Positions 1-9,453 of a stretch of 62,833 bases of DNA are shown piece by piece; within the stretch, counting starts at the first letter, position 1, and each line of letters opens with the position of its first letter. The position numbers and the translations under genes are program-made. Source of the DNA: Burkholderiales bacterium (GTDB taxonomy: Bacteria > Pseudomonadota > Gammaproteobacteria > Burkholderiales > SG8-39); contig JBBDXL010000194.1 of assembly GCA_040902335.1 (NCBI GenBank), positions 1 to 62,833 on the forward strand, written 5' to 3'. Under the pieces are notes generated by a model, which saw only the letters and a program-made list of their open reading frames with translations, ran no database searches and was not told the origin of the DNA.

Positions 1-851
1 TGTGGATGGCGGCCACGGGCTTCCTGTTCATCGTGCTGAACACGATCATGAAGCGCCTGAGCCACGAGCTCGATCCGTGGCTCGTCGGCTTCCTGCGCTA
101 CCTGATGGGCGCGCTGGTCATGCTCGGGCCCGCGCTGCGCCTCGGCCCGGCGAAGCTGTGGCCGAAGGCGCCGGGGCTGCAGCTGCTGCGCGGCGCGTTC
201 CACGCCGGCGGCATGATGCTGTGGTTCTGGGCGCTGCCGCTGGTCACGCTCGCCGAGCTCACCGCGATCGGCTTCTCGGGGCCGCTGTTCATCTGCCTGG
301 GCGCGGTGCTGTTCCTCGACGAGCGCATGAGCGGCGCGCGCTGGAGCGCGGTGATCATCGGTTTCGCCGGCGTGCTGATCGTGCTCAAACCGTGGCAGAG
401 CGGCGGCTTTGGCGGCATCTCGATCGGCATGCTGATGATGCTCGCGTCCGCCCCGGTGTTCGCCGGATCGTTCCTGGTCGCGAAAGCGCTCACGCGCCGC
501 GACCGCTCCGACGTCGTGGTGCTCTGGCAGCACCTGTGGGTGTGTGCGCTGCTCGCGGGCTTTGCGCTCGCCTACTGGACGCAGCCGACGCCGCTGCAGT
601 GGCTGCTCCTCGTCGCCTGCGGCTTTCTCGGCGCGAGCGGACACTACTGCATGGTGCGCGCCTTCCGCGTCGCCGACATCTCGGCGGTACAGTCGGTCAA
701 GTTCCTCGAGCTGGTGTGGGCGGCGATCCTCGGCTGGATCGTCTTCGGCACCGCACCCGCCGGCGCGACGGTGGCGGGCGGCGTGGTGATCCTCGCCGCG
801 ACGCTGCTGCTGGCGCGGCACGAGTCGCGCGCTGTGGAGCGCGAGGCATAA
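1..851 (+). CDS. EamA/DMT-family transporter, 5'-truncated by the window edge
   Basis: ORF 6..851 stays open to base 1. It is a multi-helix hydrophobic protein with two EamA-like halves (…FLFIVLNTIMKRL…, …GFAGVLIVLKPW…, …ILGWIVFG…). GC3-rich codons. Confidence 0.75.
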   Translation, partial: WMAATGFLFIVLNTIMKRLSHELDPWLVGFLRYLMGALVMLGPALRLGPAKLWPKAPGLQLLRGAFHAGGMMLWFWALPLVTLAELTAIGFSGPLFICLGAVLFLDERMSGARWSAVIIGFAGVLIVLKPWQSGGFGGISIGMLMMLASAPVFAGSFLVAKALTRRDRSDVVVLWQHLWVCALLAGFALAYWTQPTPLQWLLLVACGFLGASGHYCMVRAFRVADISAVQSVKFLELVWAAILGWIVFGTAPAGATVAGGVVILAATLLLARHESRAVEREA

Positions 852-862
852 ACCGGCAACCC

Positions 863-891
863 TTTACATCTGATGCACTGGGGCATAGCAT
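863..891 (+). promoter_or_regulatory. Putative sigma70-type promoter for vapBC (TTTACA-N17-TAGCAT); would give a near-leaderless vapB mRNA
   Basis: TTTACA at 863-868, 17-nt spacer, TAGCAT at 886-891. ATG of vapB is at 900, and a direct GCATCA repeat lies at 888-900. Motif match only. Confidence 0.35.
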
Positions 892-899
892 CACGCATC

Positions 900-1133
900 A
901 TGCGCACGACCATCGATATCGACGACCCCGTCCTGAAGGACCTGAAGCGGCTGCAGCGACGCGAGGGCAAGTCCCTGGGCAGGCTGGTGTCGGATCTTCT
1001 GGCGCAGGCGCTTGCCGCGTCGCGTCAGCGCGCGGCGGAGCCGCCACCCTTCGCCTGGACGAGCCGGCCGATGGGCGCGCGCGTCGATCTCGCCGACCGC
1101 GACGCAGTGCTCGATGCCTTGGACGAGCGGTGA
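900..1133 (+). CDS. vapB: Type II antitoxin, VapB-like
   Basis: N-terminus MRTTIDIDDPVLKDLKRL is typical of VapB-type antitoxins. The stop overlaps the downstream PIN toxin start (GTGA). Internal ATG 900 is preferred over the track start 873. Confidence 0.75.
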   Translation: MRTTIDIDDPVLKDLKRLQRREGKSLGRLVSDLLAQALAASRQRAAEPPPFAWTSRPMGARVDLADRDAVLDALDER

Positions 1134-1564
1134 GCTTCGCGGTCGACGTCAATCTGCTGCTCTACGCGTCGGACGCGGGCAGTCCGCAGCACGCCGCTGC
1201 GCGGGAGTTCGTCGAGCGATCGGCGCGGGGGACTGAGGTCTTCTGCGTGGCCTGGATCACGCTGATGTCCTACCTGCGCATCGCGACGCATCCCGCGGTT
1301 TTCCGGCAGCCGCTCTCGCACGACGAGGCGGCAGGCAACGTCGGCGCGCTCGTCGCGCTGCCGCAGGTGCGGATGCTGTCCGAGGAGGAGGGATTCTGGA
1401 AGATCTATCGCGAGGTCGCCGCGGACCTGCCGGTGCGCGGCAACCTCGTGCCCGACGCCCATCTCGCGGCGCTGCTACGGCAGCACGGCGTGCGCATTCT
1501 CTACACGCACGACCGCGATTTCCGCAGGTTCGGCTTCCTCGAGGCGCGCGACCCGCTGGCATAG
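1130..1564 (+). CDS. vapC: PIN-domain toxin, VapC-like ribonuclease
   Basis: Tail of track ORF 2..1564. GTG at 1130 overlaps the vapB stop by 4 nt. PIN signatures: VDVNLLLYA (acidic residue near the N-terminus), DAHLAALLRQHG, YTHDRDFRRF. Confidence 0.8.
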   Translation: MSFAVDVNLLLYASDAGSPQHAAAREFVERSARGTEVFCVAWITLMSYLRIATHPAVFRQPLSHDEAAGNVGALVALPQVRMLSEEEGFWKIYREVAADLPVRGNLVPDAHLAALLRQHGVRILYTHDRDFRRFGFLEARDPLA

Positions 1565-1569
1565 GGCGC

Positions 1570-3738
1570 ATGGGCTGGGACCAGGAGCTCAGCATCGCGG
1601 GCAAGGCGAGCTACGATGCCGAGGGCGAGATCACGGGCTTCATCCCCGCTAGCCTCGCCGCGGCGCTTGCGCCGCGCTCGATCGCGGTGGTCGGCGCCTC
1701 CGACAACCCGCACAAGGTCGGCGGGCGGCCGATCCTGTACATGAAGCGCTACGGCTTTCGCGGCGCGATCTATCCGATCAATCCCGGCCGGGCGGAGGTG
1801 CAGGGGCTCAAGGCGTACGGGTCGATCGCGGACACGCCGGAACCGCCGGAGCTCGCGATCATTGCGGTGGCGGGCGACGAAGCGGTGCGCGCGGTGGAGG
1901 AGTGCGCGGCAAGAGGAGTCAAGGTGGCGGTGGTGATGACCTCGGGCTTCGGCGAGCTCGGCGCCGAGGGCAGAATTGCACAGCAGCGGATGGCGGCCAC
2001 CGCGAAGGCCGCGGGCATGCGTCTGGTGGGCCCCAACTGCCAGGGCCTCGCCAACTTCGCCACCGGCGCGGTGGCCAATTTCTCCACCGTGTTCCACGAG
2101 ATCGAGGCGCGCGACGGGCCCGTGGCCATCGTCAGCCAGAGCGGCGCCTGCTCGCAGGCGATCTACATCCTCGCGCGCCAGCGCGGACTGGACGTGCGCC
2201 ACGTGCACGCCACGGGCAACGAAGCCGACGTCACGGTGGCGGACCTGGCCGAAGAAATCGTCAAGGAGGAGGGCATCCGGCTGCTGCTTTTGTACATGGA
2301 AGCCATCCAGCGTCCCGCGGTGCTCGCGCGGGCGGCGGAATTTGCGCGCGCGCGCGACCTGCCGATCGTCGCCGTCAAGGCGGGGCGCACGGCAAGCGGC
2401 GTAAGAGCGGCCTCCTCGCACACGGGCGCGCTGGCGAGCGAAGACCGCGTCATCGACGCCTTTTTCGCGAAGCACGCCATCTGGCGGGCAGCTGACCCGC
2501 AGGAGCTGGTGGCCGCAGGGCAGCTCTACCTCTCGGGCGGGCGGCCGCAGGGCAGGCGCTTCGTCGCCGTGAGCAATTCGGGCGCGAGCTGCGTCATGGC
2601 GGCCGACGCCGCGGAGGAGATGGGGCTCGAGCTGCCGCAGTTCGAGGAGGCGACCCAGGCGAAGCTGAAACAGGCGCTGCCGGCCTTCGCCACGCCGTCC
2701 AACCCGCTCGATGTCACGGGAGCGCTGCTCACCGACAGCGGCTTGGTCGGCGCGGCGCTCGGCGTGCTGGGCGAGGAGGACGCCTGCGACCTGCTGATGC
2801 TGGCGATCCCGATCGCCGGTGCGGGCTACGACGTACCGCGCTTCGCGCGCGATGCGGCGGCCTTTCGCGAGCGCCACGGCAAGAGCGTGGCGCTCGCCGC
2901 GCCGCAGGCCGAGGTGCGCGCGCAGTTCGAGAAGCTCGGCGTGCCGGCTTTCGCGCGCGAGCGCGACGCGATGCTCGCCCTGCGTCAGCTCGCCGAGCAT
3001 GCCGCGCTCATGCGCCGCAGGCCCGTGCCACCGGGGGACGGTGCGGCGCCGCGCTTGCCCGCGGGCGGCGCGGGTTTCCTGGACGAGTCCGAGAGCCTGG
3101 CGCTGCTCGCGGCGGCGGGCGTCGCGGTGGTCGAGCACCGCCTGTGCCGCAGCGAGGCCGAAGCGCGCGAGGCGTGGCGCGACTTCGGGCCCAAAGTGGT
3201 CGTCAAGGGCTGCTCGGCGTCCGTGCCGCACAAGACCGAGCTGGGGCTGGTGCGCCTCGGGCTGCAGGACGAGGAGGCGGTCGCGCAGGCGTTCCGCGAA
3301 TTCCTGCCGCGCCTTCCGCAAGGCGACGGCGTGCTCGTCGCGCGGCAGATCGCGGGACGCCGCGAGCTCGCGCTCGGCGCGCGCCTCGATCCGCACTTTG
3401 GCCCGGTGGTCATGGTCGGTGACGGCGGCATCTACCTGGAAGCGCTGAAGGACTTCCGGCTGCTGCTGCCGCCATTCGGCGAGGACGACGTGCTCGAGGC
3501 GCTGCGGCAATTGCGCATTGCCCCGCTGCTTGCGGGGTTGCGCGGCCGGCCGGCGCTCGATGTGGGTGCATACGCGCGCATGGCGGTGCGCCTGGGCGGG
3601 GCGATGCTCGGCTGGCGCGGGGCGGTGGCCTCGGTCGACCTCAATCCGGTCATGGTCCTGGATGCGGGGCAGGGCGCGCTCGCCGTCGACGCGCTCGTCG
3701 AACTCTTGCCGGCCTCAGCTTGCGTGAATCCGGGCTAG
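1570..3738 (+). CDS. ADP-forming acyl-CoA synthetase (acetate--CoA ligase family; CoA-binding + succinyl-CoA-ligase-like + ATP-grasp)
   Basis: 722 aa. PRSIAVVGASDNPHKVGGRP (CoA-binding Rossmann), GPNCQGL, SQSGA and SHTGALAS motifs, ATP-grasp-like C-terminal half. Confidence 0.85.
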   Translation: MGWDQELSIAGKASYDAEGEITGFIPASLAAALAPRSIAVVGASDNPHKVGGRPILYMKRYGFRGAIYPINPGRAEVQGLKAYGSIADTPEPPELAIIAVAGDEAVRAVEECAARGVKVAVVMTSGFGELGAEGRIAQQRMAATAKAAGMRLVGPNCQGLANFATGAVANFSTVFHEIEARDGPVAIVSQSGACSQAIYILARQRGLDVRHVHATGNEADVTVADLAEEIVKEEGIRLLLLYMEAIQRPAVLARAAEFARARDLPIVAVKAGRTASGVRAASSHTGALASEDRVIDAFFAKHAIWRAADPQELVAAGQLYLSGGRPQGRRFVAVSNSGASCVMAADAAEEMGLELPQFEEATQAKLKQALPAFATPSNPLDVTGALLTDSGLVGAALGVLGEEDACDLLMLAIPIAGAGYDVPRFARDAAAFRERHGKSVALAAPQAEVRAQFEKLGVPAFARERDAMLALRQLAEHAALMRRRPVPPGDGAAPRLPAGGAGFLDESESLALLAAAGVAVVEHRLCRSEAEAREAWRDFGPKVVVKGCSASVPHKTELGLVRLGLQDEEAVAQAFREFLPRLPQGDGVLVARQIAGRRELALGARLDPHFGPVVMVGDGGIYLEALKDFRLLLPPFGEDDVLEALRQLRIAPLLAGLRGRPALDVGAYARMAVRLGGAMLGWRGAVASVDLNPVMVLDAGQGALAVDALVELLPASACVNPG

Positions 3739-3789
3739 CTTACATACTCGGGTCCCGTTCAGGGTCTATTCCAAGGAGGAGGGTTGCAC

Positions 3790-4875
3790 ATGAAGCGCCG
3801 CAAGTTTCTGCAGGGCGCGGCTGCCGGCGGCGTCGCCGCGGCAGCTGCCACGGTATCCGCACCGGCGATCTCGCAGGGGATCCGCCAGCTGAAGATGGTC
3901 ACCACCTGGCCAAAGAATTTCCCGGGCCTGGGCACCGGCGCGGAAAGCCTCGCCCGGCGCATTACCGCCATGACGGGCGGCAAGCTGGAGGTCAAGGTGT
4001 TCGCGGCCAACGAGCTGGTGCCGCCGTTCCAGTCGTTCGACGCGGTCTCGAGCGGCAACGCCGAGATGGCCCACTCGGCGTCGTACTACTGGCCGGGCAA
4101 GTCGCCCGCGTTCAATTTCTTCACCGCGGTGCCGTTCGGCTTTACGGGCCTCGAGCACGCCTCGTGGATCCTCTATGGCGGCGGCATCGAGCTGTGGACC
4201 GAGCTGTGCGCGCAGTTCAACATCAAGCCGTTCATGCGCGCGAGCACCGGCACGCAGATGGGCGGCTGGTACCGCAAGGAAATGAAGACGATGGACGACT
4301 TCAAGGGCCTGAAGTTCCGCATGCCGGGCCTCGGCGGCGAGGTGCTGCGGCGCCTCGGCGCAGCGGTGGTCAACCTGCCCGGCGGCGAAATCTTCCCGGC
4401 GCTGCAGGCGGGCACCATCGACGGCACCGAGTGGGTCGGTCCCTGGAACGACCTCGCGTTCGGCTTCTACCGGGTGGCCAAGTTCTACTACCACCCGGGC
4501 TTCCACGAGGGGGGTACCACCGGCGAGGTGCTCGTCAACAGCAAGGTGTGGGCGAGCCTGTCCAAGGAGCACCAGCAGATCATCGAGGTGGCGATCCAGG
4601 CCGAGGCCTGGCGCGAGTACGCCGAGGCCAACGCCATGAACTCCGATGCGCTCGACGTGCTGGTGAACAAGCACAAGGTGCAGCTGCGCAAGTACTCGGA
4701 CGATATGCTGAAGCGCATCGGCGAAGTGTCGGCGGAGGTGGTGGCCGAGGTCGGCAACTCGGATGCCGTCACCAAGAAGGTGTACGAGAGCTACCTCAAT
4801 TTCCGCAGGAAGGCCATGGGCTGGAGCGCGCTGGCCGAGCAGGGCTACATGAACGCCCGCGCGCTGAGCAAGTAG
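3790..4875 (+). CDS. TRAP transporter substrate-binding protein (DctP family) with Tat-type signal peptide
   Basis: MKRRKFLQGAAAGGVAAAAA…APAISQG twin-arginine leader. AGGAGG lies ~10 nt upstream of ATG 3790 (the track start 3784 is TTG). Followed by the small and large TRAP permeases. Confidence 0.85.
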   Translation: MKRRKFLQGAAAGGVAAAAATVSAPAISQGIRQLKMVTTWPKNFPGLGTGAESLARRITAMTGGKLEVKVFAANELVPPFQSFDAVSSGNAEMAHSASYYWPGKSPAFNFFTAVPFGFTGLEHASWILYGGGIELWTELCAQFNIKPFMRASTGTQMGGWYRKEMKTMDDFKGLKFRMPGLGGEVLRRLGAAVVNLPGGEIFPALQAGTIDGTEWVGPWNDLAFGFYRVAKFYYHPGFHEGGTTGEVLVNSKVWASLSKEHQQIIEVAIQAEAWREYAEANAMNSDALDVLVNKHKVQLRKYSDDMLKRIGEVSAEVVAEVGNSDAVTKKVYESYLNFRRKAMGWSALAEQGYMNARALSK

Positions 4876-4890
4876 CGGCAGACGCTCGAT

Positions 4891-4950
4891 CCGCGACCGC
4901 GGGGGCCGTGCCTGCGGGCACGGCCCCACGCCGGTCGCGGTGCTGTTTTC
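4891..4950 (+). terminator. Intercistronic GC-rich stem-loop or partial terminator between the TRAP binding-protein and permease genes
   Basis: Outer 9-bp stem (4891-4899 with 4932-4940) and inner 11-bp stem (4902-4912 with 4917-4927, loop TGCG), followed by TGCTGTTTTC. Confidence 0.55.
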
Positions 4951-4961
4951 GGAGCTGACGC

Positions 4962-5516
4962 ATGAAGCCCCTGCTGCTGTTCGCGCGCGCAACGGACGCG
5001 CTCAACGAGTACATCGGGCGGGTGCTCGCGTGGGTCACGCTCGGCATGGTGCTCACCGAGTTCGTCGTGGTGCTGATGCGCTACGTGTTCGGGCTCGGCT
5101 CCACCATCATGCAGGAATCGATCGTCTACATGCACGCGACGGTGTTCCTCGTCTGCGCGGGCTACACGCTGCTGCATAACGGCCACGTGCGCTGCGACAT
5201 TTTCTATAGCGCCGCCACGGCGCGCCACAAGGCGCTCATCGACCTCGTCGGCGTGTTCGTGTTCCTGCTGCCCGTGTGCTTGCTGATCGCCTGGGTGGGC
5301 TGGCCTTACGTGAAGGCTTCGTGGGCGGTGCTGGAAGGCTCGATCGAAGGCTCGATGGGTATTTCGGGCGTCTACCTGCTGAAGACCCTGATCCTGGTGT
5401 TCGCGGGGCTGGTGGCGCTGCAGGGGCTATCCCTTGCCATCCATTCCGCGCTGCTGCTTGCGGGCGTAGAGACTTCCCGCGGCTCGCTCGACGAGAAGGC
5501 CCGGCCCTCGGCATGA
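4962..5516 (+). CDS. TRAP transporter small permease (DctQ-like)
   Basis: 184 aa, four hydrophobic helices. The stop overlaps the large-permease ATG (ATGA at 5513-5516). Confidence 0.85.
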   Translation: MKPLLLFARATDALNEYIGRVLAWVTLGMVLTEFVVVLMRYVFGLGSTIMQESIVYMHATVFLVCAGYTLLHNGHVRCDIFYSAATARHKALIDLVGVFVFLLPVCLLIAWVGWPYVKASWAVLEGSIEGSMGISGVYLLKTLILVFAGLVALQGLSLAIHSALLLAGVETSRGSLDEKARPSA

Positions 5517-7090
5517 CGTCGCACGTCGCCGAATGGCTCGACCTGGCGATGTTCGTCGCCCTGTGCGTGTTCATCCTGCTCGGGTTCCCGGTTTCCTTCA
5601 CCCTCGCGGGCATCGCGGTGATGTTCGCCGCCATCGGCCTCGCCACCGGCACCTTCGACGCCTCGTACCTCGGGTTCTTCCCGAACCGCATCTACGGCGT
5701 GATGACCAACGAGGTGCTGATCGCGGTGCCGCTGTTCGTGTTCATGGGCGTGATGCTGGAGCGCTCAAAGGTGGCCGAGGAGCTGCTCGATACCATGGGC
5801 CAGCTGTTCGGCACCCTGCGCGGCGGGCTCGGCATCTCGGTATCGGTCGTGGGGGCGCTGCTGGCGGCCTCCACGGGCATCGTCGGCGCCACCGTCGTCA
5901 CCATGGGTCTGCTGTCGCTGCCCACCATGCTGCGCCGCGGCTACGATCCCCGGCTCGCCTGCGGCTCGATCGCCGCCGCGGGCACGCTGGGCCAGATCAT
6001 CCCGCCGTCCATCGTGCTGGTCGTGCTCGGCGACCAGATCTCCAACGCGCACCAGGAAGCGCAGCGCGCCCTCGGCAATTTCTCGCCCGAGCCGGTGTCG
6101 GTGGGCGACCTGTTCGCGGGCGCCCTGATTCCCGGGCTGGCGCTGGTGGGGCTGTACATCCTCTACCAGGTGGGCATGGCGATCTTCAAGCCCGCCTCTT
6201 CGCCGGCGATTCCGCTCGACGAATCCATGCAGCGCGGAAATATGGGCAAGCGCGTGATGCACGCGCTGGTGGCGCCGATCGTGCTGATCATCTCCGTGCT
6301 CGGCTCGATCCTCGCCGGAATCGCGACGCCTACCGAGGCCGCGGGCGTCGGCGCCATCGGCGCGACGCTGCTCGCCGGGCATCGACTGGCCGAGGGCCGT
6401 CCGCTGCCCGTGTATGCGGCCGCGGCGGGCCTCATCGGCGTGATCGTGCTCACCACGTTCGTCGACTTGCGCGTGGCGCGCACCCACATCCCGGCCGGCG
6501 ACATGGCCGGCATCGTGCTCGCCGGCGTCCTGTGCGTGGCCGTGGTCTGGGGCCTGCTCGTCGCACTGGTGCGCACCTACCGCGACGACACCCTGATCCC
6601 CGTGATGCGCACCACCGCGCGCCTGAGCTCGATGGTGTTCGTGATCGTCATCGGCGCGCAGCTGTTTTCGCTGGTGTTCCGGGGCTTCGGCGGCGACGAG
6701 ACGGTGCATCAGGCGCTGACCAGCATCCCGGGCGGCGCGGTCGGCGCCATGATCACGGTGATGGCGCTGATGTTCGTGATGGGCTTCTTCCTCGACTTCA
6801 TCGAGATCACCTTCGTGGTGGTGCCGATCGTCGGGCCGGCGCTGCTCATGCTCGGCTTCGACCCGGTGTGGCTCGGCATCATGATCGCCGTCAATCTGCA
6901 GACCTCGTTCCTCACGCCGCCGTTCGGCTTCGCGCTGTTCTACCTGCGCGGCGTCGCGCCGCCGCAAGTCACCACGATGCACATCTACCGCGGCGTGATC
7001 CCGTTCGTCATCCTCCAGCTGCTGATGCTCGTGATCCTCGCGCTGTTCCCGGCAATGGCGACCTGGCTGCCGACGGTCATCTTCGGCTGA
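5513..7090 (+). CDS. TRAP transporter large permease (DctM-like)
   Basis: In-frame ATG 5513 inside track ORF 5276..7090 (MTSHVAEWLDLAMFVALCVFILLGFPVSF…). Polytopic membrane protein. Confidence 0.85.
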   Translation: MTSHVAEWLDLAMFVALCVFILLGFPVSFTLAGIAVMFAAIGLATGTFDASYLGFFPNRIYGVMTNEVLIAVPLFVFMGVMLERSKVAEELLDTMGQLFGTLRGGLGISVSVVGALLAASTGIVGATVVTMGLLSLPTMLRRGYDPRLACGSIAAAGTLGQIIPPSIVLVVLGDQISNAHQEAQRALGNFSPEPVSVGDLFAGALIPGLALVGLYILYQVGMAIFKPASSPAIPLDESMQRGNMGKRVMHALVAPIVLIISVLGSILAGIATPTEAAGVGAIGATLLAGHRLAEGRPLPVYAAAAGLIGVIVLTTFVDLRVARTHIPAGDMAGIVLAGVLCVAVVWGLLVALVRTYRDDTLIPVMRTTARLSSMVFVIVIGAQLFSLVFRGFGGDETVHQALTSIPGGAVGAMITVMALMFVMGFFLDFIEITFVVVPIVGPALLMLGFDPVWLGIMIAVNLQTSFLTPPFGFALFYLRGVAPPQVTTMHIYRGVIPFVILQLLMLVILALFPAMATWLPTVIFG

Positions 7091-7673
7091 GCGGCCGCAC
7101 CTGCGCCAGGATGCCCTCCACGGTGAGCGCGTCGTGCACCGGCAGGCCGGCGGCGCGCAGCGCCCCCGCCGTCCAGACGTTGCAGGTGCGCAGCAGGTGG
7201 AAGGTTTCGCGCCCGGGATAGAAGCCGCGCCCGAGCGGCTCGGCGACGCTTTGGCCGTCGCGCTCGAAGGCATCGTGCACGTAGCGCAGCAGGCCATCCA
7301 GCGCCGGGCGCGACACGTGCAGCTCCAGGATCTCGCTTCCCCGGAAGAATGACGCCAGCTCGCCGCGCACGCCGGCGACGTGCACCACGCTGCGCGTGGG
7401 CAGGAACGCCGCCTTGAACGTCACCCACGGTCCGGGAGACTCGGCCATGTAGAAATCGCGATCGCCCCAGCCGAATTCCAGGTACACGGCCCGCGGAAAG
7501 TCGCGCTTCTCCGGCAGGAGCGTTTGCGGAATGTCGGCGCGGCGCACGGCGAGCCCGGTGTGGCCGCCCTGCGGGACGACGAAGACAGAAACCTCGGCGG
7601 GCGCATCGGGCATGCGGGCGACGGGAGCGGCCGCGCAGCCGCACAGCACAAGGCACAGTGCGAAGGCGCGCAT
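7077..7673 (-). CDS. DUF2459 (TIGR02117-like) family protein, probable lipoprotein
   Basis: Motifs [12 protein letters not shown] and [14 protein letters not shown]. The internal Met gives [13 protein letters not shown], a lipobox-like signal. The 3' end overlaps dctM by 14 nt. Confidence 0.65.
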   Translation of the reverse strand: MRAFALCLVLCGCAAAPVARMPDAPAEVSVFVVPQGGHTGLAVRRADIPQTLLPEKRDFPRAVYLEFGWGDRDFYMAESPGPWVTFKAAFLPTRSVVHVAGVRGELASFFRGSEILELHVSRPALDGLLRYVHDAFERDGQSVAEPLGRGFYPGRETFHLLRTCNVWTAGALRAAGLPVHDALTVEGILAQVRPLSRR

Positions 7674-7758
7674 GGCGCGAGCATGCGCCGTTTCAAACGC
7701 TGCGTCGCCGCAATCCGCCAAGCTATAATTTCACACTCTTCCGACACCCCGGCTCCCC

Positions 7759-8508
7759 ATGAAAGTCCTGGTCAGCGTCAAGCGCGTGGTCGACTACAAC
7801 GTCAAGGTGCGCGTCAAGGCCGACGGCACCGGCGTCGAGACCGCCAACGTCAAGATGTCGATGAACCCGTTCGACGAGATCGCCGTGGAAGAGGCGGTGC
7901 GGCTCAAGGAAGCGGGGGTGGTGACCGAGATCGTGGCGGTCTCGGCCGGCGTGCAGGCCTGCCAGGAGACGCTGCGCACGGCGCTCGCCATCGGCGCCGA
8001 CCGCGCCATCCTCGTGGAGACCGACGCCGAGCTGCAGCCGCTGGCGGTGGCGAAGCTCCTGAAGGCGCTGTGCGACAAGGAGGCGCCGCAGCTCGTGATC
8101 CTCGGCAAGCAGGCGATCGACGACGATGCGAACCAGACCGGGCAGATGCTCGCCGCGCTCCTCGGCTGGCCGCAGGCGACCTTTGCCTCGAAGGTGAAGG
8201 TCGAGGACGGCAAGGCGACGGTGACGCGCGAGGTGGACGGCGGCCTGGAGACCATCGCCCTAAAGCTGCCCGCGATCATCACCACCGACCTGCGCCTCAA
8301 CGAGCCGCGCTACGTGACGCTGCCCAACATCATGAAGGCGAAGAAGAAGACGCTCGAGAACCTGAAGCCCGACGCCCTCGGCGTGGACGTGAAGCCGCGC
8401 CTGCAGACGCTCAAGGTGGTCGAGCCGGCCAAGCGCAAGGCGGGCATCAAGGTGCCGGATGCGAAGACGCTGGTGGAGAAGCTGCGCAACGAAGCGAAGG
8501 TGATCTGA
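7759..8508 (+). CDS. etfB: Electron transfer flavoprotein subunit beta
   Basis: [20 protein letters not shown]… is a canonical EtfB N-terminus. 249 aa. Confidence 0.95.
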   Translation: MKVLVSVKRVVDYNVKVRVKADGTGVETANVKMSMNPFDEIAVEEAVRLKEAGVVTEIVAVSAGVQACQETLRTALAIGADRAILVETDAELQPLAVAKLLKALCDKEAPQLVILGKQAIDDDANQTGQMLAALLGWPQATFASKVKVEDGKATVTREVDGGLETIALKLPAIITTDLRLNEPRYVTLPNIMKAKKKTLENLKPDALGVDVKPRLQTLKVVEPAKRKAGIKVPDAKTLVEKLRNEAKVI

Positions 8509-9443
8509 TGGCGGTCCTCGTCCTCGCCGAGCACGACAACAAGGAAGTCAGGAAGGCGACCCTCAATACCGTCGCCGCCGCGCGGAAGGCCGGCGGCGAC
8601 ATCCATGTCCTGGTCGCGGGACACAACGCGGGCGAAGCGGCGCAGGCCGCGGCGCGGATCGCCGGCGTGGCGAAGGTGCTGCACGCGGACGCGGCGCACC
8701 TGGGCGAGTTCCTCGCCGAGAACGTGGCGGCGCTGGTGGTGGCGCTCGCCAAGGACTACTCGCACATCCTCGCGCCCGCCACGTCCACCGGCAAGGACGT
8801 GATGCCGCGCGCCGCGGCGCTGCTCGACGTGCAGCAGATCTCCGACATCGTGGCGATCGAGTCGCCCGACACGTTCGTGCGCCCGATCTACGCCGGCAAC
8901 GCGCTGGCGACGGTCAAGTCTGCCGACAATATCAAGGTCATCACCGTGCGCACGACAGCGTTCGATGCCGTGGCGGCGAGCGGCGGCAGCGCCAAGGTGG
9001 AAACGGTGCAGGCGCCGGCCGACAGCGGGCTTTCCAGCTTCGTCGGGCGAGAAGTGGCGAAGTCCGAGCGCCCGGAGCTCACCTCGGCGCGCGTCGTGGT
9101 TTCGGGCGGGCGCGGCATGGGCTCGAGCGAGAATTTCAAGCTGCTCGAGCCGCTCGCCGACCAGCTGAACGCCGCCATGGGCGCCTCGCGCGCCGCGGTG
9201 GATGCGGGCTTCGTGCCGAACGACTGGCAGGTGGGCCAGACCGGCAAGATCGTCGCGCCGGACCTGTACGTCGCGGTCGGCATCTCGGGCGCGATCCAGC
9301 ACCTCGCGGGCATGAAGGACAGCCGCGTCATCGTCGCCATCAACAAGGACGAGGAGGCGCCGATCTTCCAGGTCGCCGACTACGGCATCGTAGGCGACCT
9401 GTTCCAGATCGTGCCCCAGGTTATCGAGGAACTGAAGAAGTAG
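8508..9443 (+). CDS. etfA: Electron transfer flavoprotein subunit alpha
   Basis: ATG 8508 overlaps the etfB stop by 1 nt (…TGATG…). [14 protein letters not shown]…, FAD-binding tail …[18 protein letters not shown]…. Confidence 0.95.
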   Translation: MAVLVLAEHDNKEVRKATLNTVAAARKAGGDIHVLVAGHNAGEAAQAAARIAGVAKVLHADAAHLGEFLAENVAALVVALAKDYSHILAPATSTGKDVMPRAAALLDVQQISDIVAIESPDTFVRPIYAGNALATVKSADNIKVITVRTTAFDAVAASGGSAKVETVQAPADSGLSSFVGREVAKSERPELTSARVVVSGGRGMGSSENFKLLEPLADQLNAAMGASRAAVDAGFVPNDWQVGQTGKIVAPDLYVAVGISGAIQHLAGMKDSRVIVAINKDEEAPIFQVADYGIVGDLFQIVPQVIEELKK

Positions 9444-9453
9444 GGAGAACGCC

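Noticed and set aside
2-1564. Track ORFs with long N-terminal extensions: 2..1564, 5276..7090, 7380..9443, 14241..15035, 14264..16945, 17816..19501, 24698..26593, 45826..48189, 52079..53740, 53239..54483, 59184..59750 and others
   Set aside because: The upstream parts overlap the preceding real genes in another frame and look like Arg/Pro/Ala-rich nonsense. In each case an internal ATG/GTG at a start-stop overlap gives an N-terminus matching the known family, so the shorter coordinates were used.
7724-7729. Perfect TATAAT 30 nt upstream of etfB as a promoter call
   Set aside because: No acceptable -35 is present at 16-18 nt spacing (TGCGTC/CTGCGT), so it is too weak to list as a feature. It does support choosing the internal start (7673) for the divergent DUF2459 gene.
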